Assembly (NCBI GenBank): GCA_951406725.2
Contig: OX597826.1
Coordinates: forward strand, 43,710,001 to 43,774,000
Origin: Octopus vulgaris
Taxonomy: Eukaryota
DNA: 64,000 nt
Direction: 5' to 3'
Below the pieces are notes generated by a model that worked only from the letters and a program-made list of their open reading frames with translations, was not told the origin of the DNA and ran no database searches. The translations under genes and the position numbers were made by a program. Below, in pieces: positions 58,089 through 64,000 of the stretch (the stretch's first letter is position 1; each line of letters starts with the position of its first letter).

Positions 58089-58151
58089 TTGACCAAAATA
58101 TTTCTTGTCTTCGTCTTATTATAAGACGAAGACAAGAAATATTTTGGTCAA
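58089..58151. repeat. Perfect palindrome, 31-bp arms, 1-nt centre
   Basis: TTGACCAAAATATTTCTTGTCTTCGTCTTAT-T-ATAAGACGAAGACAAGAAATATTTTGGTCAA. Confidence 0.97.
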
Positions 58152-58727
58152 AAACGAAATTTAGGCGTTAATAACTAAAATGAAATTTAAAAGGAAAGAT
58201 TGGTTAATATTCTATTGAGTATCTTCTGATGTGATAACACGAGAAAGTATTTATTAAAGAGAATACGAATTTCTTATTTTCCGAAAATACGTGGGTCAGA
58301 AAAATGATAGAAGAGTCTCAACTAACAGTTGAAAGAAGATGACCGCCAAATATGTTGATAAAACGAAGCCATAGTGGGTGTAGGTATAGAATGCAAAATT
58401 CTATTGGTTATTCTAGTAGTAGTAAAGTAAACGGTAACACAGTTAATGCGGCAATGACGTTAACACTCATTAATTCTGACTGTATCAATATACAAGTATA
58501 AGCATTGTTTGGACAATGCTTAAATCAAACAAACGGAGGCAAGGGTGATAACTTAGAATATAAATACTTTATTGAGCTGGGATGGAGTACAAAAGTCTCA
58601 TTTAATTCCTACTAATTAAAATTTAAAATTGGGGATGTGGTAGGAGGAAGGCTAGTCTGATCTTAGGCAGTGTCTACATATCGACATGTAATTGGGATGT
58701 AGGAACGATTTTGACAAGAGACGTATA

Positions 58728-59111
58728 TATTTCTTTATTGCCCACAAGGGGCTAAACATGGAGGGGACAAACAAAGACAGACAAATGGATTAAGTCGATT
58801 ACATCGACCCCAGTGCGTAACGGGTTTTTATTTAATCGACCCCGAAAGGATGAAAGGCAAAGTCGACCTCGGCTGAATTTGAACTCAGAACCTAACGGCA
58901 GACGAAATACCTATTTCTTTACTACCCACAAGGGGCTAAACACAGAGAGGACAAACAAGGACAGACACATGGATTAAGTCGATTATATCGACCTCAGTGC
59001 GTAACTGGTACTTATTTAATCGACCCCGAAAGGATGAAAGGCAAAGTCGACCTCGGCGGAATTTGAACTCAGAACGTAACGGCATGCTAACGATTCTGCC
59101 CACTCACTGCC
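58728..59111 (-). mobile_element. Nin-SINE B head-to-tail dimer
   Basis: Units at 58912-59111 and 58728-58911; junction reverse complement AAGAAATA|GGTATTTCGTCTGCCG. Confidence 0.92.
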
Positions 59112-60149
59112 TGGTACAAGGGACGTTTCTGCTCTACGATTTGCTTCAATGTATTTTGTACGATTCTATTATACCTTGAAGAAAGCATCATTTGTCCCTT
59201 TCATACAAAATATCATAAAGCAACTCGAATGTTATGCAGCTGTCTGCATTAGTAAAACCGCAAGTAAGCATATATTCAGAATGTTTGTAAATAAATCTGA
59301 AAGAAAGCTGACATGTGTTCCTGTAATCTAAAAAGATATCTATATGTACAATACAATGAACGGATTAAAGTAAACTTATCTGCGTAAATGACTACAAGAA
59401 GTCACACAATTTAAATACAGCAGTATTAAAATTTGAAATATAATACCATTATACCACATCGAATTCAACTTTATGCCACACTGAATTACGTTCCAATTTC
59501 ACTTCTGTAGAACCGATTCTGTCACTAGATCGTTTCACGTTCTCTCTCCTCTAGTCTTGTTCTATAAATTATAAAATTTGTGCTTTTTATAATTGCATAA
59601 ACCTTATAATTTTCCAAATACTGAGATTATATAATCATCGTTCGTATGAAAAATAAAGGGCCTCTTGTTTTGATACAAACAGACGCATAAATGCAACATC
59701 CATTTTTAGCTATTTACGTATATTGCCTCTGTCTTCTCTCTCGTGCGTTTCTTATCAATGTCTTTGTGCATTCAGTTATGCATAGCAGAATATTACAATG
59801 GAAGACATGTTAGTTCGACAGTGATGAACTCAAGAACATTTATCTCAGCTCGTTTTAGATTTATCGTCATTTTTGAGTGCAAGTGACTGGTTTCGAGCTA
59901 TGTAAGACGCCATCATAAGTACTGGTACTAAAAAAATCCCCACAGCCTATTGCTTTTCTTTGAGTCGTTGGTCTTAAATGCCATCAAGTTAACATAACCA
60001 ACTGATTTAATTTTGGATGCGTTTCACAAAGTTCACTTTATTGCATCTATCCCTATATAGTATCAGTAATTGCTTCAGAGAACAGTACAAAATTGTTTTG
60101 TATCGAAAGTCCTCAACAAAAGCTCTCACAACATCCCTAAAATTATGGG

Positions 60150-60960
60150 TAACACTTCAGAGTATTTCCCTATCAACTGCCTAATAAATACCGATTCTTC
60201 TACACACTAGAGCACGTCTGCTGGTCCAGCTAATACAAGACCCTCCCAGAGTCCAGCATTACTTAATCAAAAGGTACTATCGATTCATAGGCTCAAGGTT
60301 CTGTATTATGTGTTACTTTCTGGAAACAATATGAAAGTCTAACAAGCAATACATATTAATATGCTCGATAATTCTCCTACTTTACATCTGAAATTCAATC
60401 TAATCTTTATCACAAAACACTAATCTTAGAGACACATTTCCTATTCGCTGTACTCAGCCTATTTCACATTCCAATGCTCTATAGTCCGCTTCTTATTGGA
60501 AGATATCTGATTTTACCTAAAAGTCACTCTCACCTCTTTCATTTAGTTTTCAACATTCTGTTCCTTGACCTTTGGATTTACCTGCTCTTCCGAGAGATCG
60601 TGGTAAAATAGCTGGTAATCGGACAAGTTTGAGGAAATCTATCTGAACTCTATCTGAACCTTCAAGTGAAGTCATTATCTTCTGTGAATTCAGAGGACAC
60701 TCGCATTCCTAAATGCAAAAGGCTAATCGTCTGCTATTCTAAATTGACTTTATTAGGACCTTTATTAACCGTTTACCTGATCAAGACAATGTTTCCCCAG
60801 ATTGATCTCTTCATTAGCTCTAAATCCATCTTCTCTTTGGTAATTCTTTTATAAACAATACATCTTAGAACAGTTGCTTCTCCCAACGATTCTGTTTCAA
60901 CTACACTTGGTAGTAAATGCGTTTCATCCTTAACACACCACCCAAAAGAGCTAAGAGAGT
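60150..60960 (-). mobile_element. Possible RTE-like LINE endonuclease-region relic
   Basis: The reverse complement contains an LNERGE-like patch at ~60530-60548; otherwise decayed. Confidence 0.25.
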
Positions 60961-60987
60961 AACTGAACCTAATCTACTGTGTATGTG

Positions 60988-61247
60988 ACTCAGAACGTAG
61001 CGGCAGACGAAATACCTATTTCGTAACTACCCACAAGGGGCTAAACACAGAGAGGACAAACAAGGAGAGACAAACAGATTAAGTCGATTGTATCGACCCA
61101 AGTGCGTAACTGATACTTTATTTATCAACCCCGAAAGGATGAAAGGCAATGTCGTCCTCGGCGGAATTTGAACTAAGAACTTAACGGCAGACGAAATACC
61201 CCTAAGCATTTCGCCCGGCATGCTACCGTTTCTGCCAGCTCGCTGTC
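60988..61247 (-). mobile_element. Nin-SINE B monomer plus the start of a second unit
   Basis: Full monomer at 61017-61247, then a restart at GGTATTTCGTCTGCCGCTACGTTCTGAGT. Confidence 0.92.
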
Positions 61248-61828
61248 TTAACAAGAGATATCTTCTCTATGTTTCTTGTTCAGCACGACAACAGCATCTC
61301 AGCCTACCCTTCTACATGAGCTTATCAGACACACGTTGTTTTTCTTCCTATCATAACCACCGTATCTTGAATCCTGATATCGCTCACCGTAGAATTTACC
61401 CAATGGTACCTCAATAGCAAAGCAACTATTGGAAATTATTACACTAAACACGTGTTTTCCCTACAGATATAGACGTGCAGAAAGCTGGAACTAAAGATTA
61501 GCCATTAAGAACTGGCTAATATTGGATAGCCTCCCAGAGCTATAGGCGTTTTGGTTTTTCATTCTCTGAGTATCTGGCTCACACACACATATATACACCC
61601 ACATACACACACACACTCACACACACATTCACAAACACACACATACACACACATACATACACACATACAAACACATACATACATACATACATACTCATGT
61701 GTAGCTATGTATATGTGACGTGCATGTGTATATACATGTTTGTATATTATGTATGAATAAGACTGTAGACATATATGTACGTGTTATATGAGTGTGTATG
61801 TAAGTTGGTAGACACACATACACATACA

Positions 61829-61878
<50 letters not shown>

Positions 61879-62096
61879 ACATATTTCCTGATGGCAACTA
61901 ATACGGCACCTGTCTGCAAAGACACCCAAGAGTCAGAAAAGCTAAGATGTGACTGCCGCCATGTATACATACATACATACATACATACATACGTTTGTAC
62001 ATACATACATTATGTATATATGCGTACACATATATGTGTATACATGTATATACATGTATATATGTATATATACACACGCATACGTATGTATATATA

Positions 62097-62195
<99 letters not shown>

Positions 62196-62526
62196 GCAGA
62201 TACCAGTAAGCAAGCATTAATTATGCTACATAACTTGGGGGAATTTAAGGAGAAATATCGTTGCAGAAACAAATGCTGTACATAATTAATTTTGATATAG
62301 AGAAAATTACAGTTTATTTTGCTGAAAGACTTATAAAATAAGTAAATTTTATAAGCACACAGCATACAAGCACAAGCACGTGCTCACATACAGAAATATA
62401 CATATTGAAATGCACAAGCACACACACACACACATATACACTCACTATCACTTTCTATCTTGCCATGCATACTTTGTTTTCTTCGTCACTCTTTAACACG
62501 GAATACCTAATATAACTTCATCTCCC

Positions 62527-62890
<364 letters not shown>

Positions 62891-63313
62891 CTGCCATTCT
62901 ACCTAAATATCTGTGCCACACATACAAGCAGATGTGCTTAAGAGCAATCATGCGTTTTCATTCACTTTATTTAACTGACATACAATAATATATTTACAGC
63001 AACAACAGTCTTGCTATCATATCAATAATCCATTTAATAGCTTCTGCTGTGTTTCTAGCTATTATATTGAATCATATCTCTGTTTTATGCGGTATTATAG
63101 CGACTTTTCAGAATTAGTCTCCAAACCTAAACACGTTATAACACAAATTTGCTTACACGCTGCCTTTTATTTTTGTTATTTTTGTTATTTTTGTTTATTT
63201 GTTTTCTTGGTAACTCATAATATTGTTTCTCCCACAACCAGTCTCCATAAATTCATTATTATTATTTTAGGTGGACACAAACTCGCATAAAAACAGTTAC
63301 ACACAAACATACA

Positions 63314-63353
<40 letters not shown>

Positions 63354-63643
63354 AACATGTATACATATACATATATGTGTACATACAACACACACGCACA
63401 AACATATATATGTGTGTGTGCGCCAGTGTGTATGTTGGTATATATATATATATGTGTATGTGTGTGTGTGTGTGTGTGTGTGCACATGCCTCTCTGTGTG
63501 TATGCGTGTTTTCATACGACTATACGTTTCCATGTGTTGCTTTCCCTTAATAGTCGATGTAAAACCTCCATTGTTTATAATTCGTTTGAGTATTGTCTTT
63601 CATTCGTTGTCTTTCTGGCAATAAAAATGAATTATTATCATAA

Positions 63644-63691
<48 letters not shown>

Positions 63692-63727
63692 TTTGTCATC
63701 ATCATCGTCATCATCTTTATTATAGTG

Positions 63728-63900
63728 AATTGGTAAAATTTTTAGAGCGTCGTATAAAATATTTACCGGCATTTCTTTTGGCGTTTTACGTTCTGAAACC
63801 CATTTCGACTTCGCCTTCCATCCCCCCAGAAACGCTAAAATACTGCCCCCGTTTTGGTAATGCATTCGATGTAATAGACTTTCTCTCCTCTCCCGAAAAT
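63728..63900 (+). mobile_element. Decayed Nin-SINE B
   Basis: TTACGTTCTGA..TCGACTTCGCCTTCCATCC..TCGATGTAATAGACT. Confidence 0.55.
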
Positions 63901-64000
63901 TCCTGGTCTATGTGCCAAAATGTGAAACCATCAAGTGATCATGAGAGAAACCATCATGAGAGAATACTTCGTTTGTACAGGAGTAGACGATACAGATAAA

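Noticed and set aside
59884-59922. Minus-strand GCTCGAAACCAGTC, reminiscent of a PLE hammerhead 3' half
   Set aside because: No intact CUGANGA or stem II partner.

Overview
AT-rich, microsatellite-saturated animal genomic DNA. The repeat content (tRNA-derived CORE-like SINEs, Nin-domain SINEs, long (TA)n/(CA)n/(TATG)n tracts) looks like an octopus (coleoid cephalopod) intergenic or intronic region; this is a recognition-based guess. I find no convincing host protein-coding exon, and nearly all listed ORFs are microsatellite artefacts. Supportable content: three SINE families, 3' ends of CR1-group LINEs, three internally deleted mariner (DD34D) copies, two maT (DD37D) remnants, weak Helitron, LTR-integrase and RTE relics, and several short microsatellite-embedded elements carrying minimal hammerhead-ribozyme motifs of the Penelope-like type. 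The most interesting signal is a hammerhead variant with a swapped G3-C8 core (GUGAACA instead of CUGANGA). It occurs three times, once inside a perfect 76-bp inverted repeat. Other highlights: a SINE/LINE shared 3' stem-loop with covariation, Nin-SINE concatemers sharing one fixed junction, a cryptic ~2 kb degenerate array and a perfect 63-bp palindrome. All coordinates were counted by eye and no folding or alignment was run.
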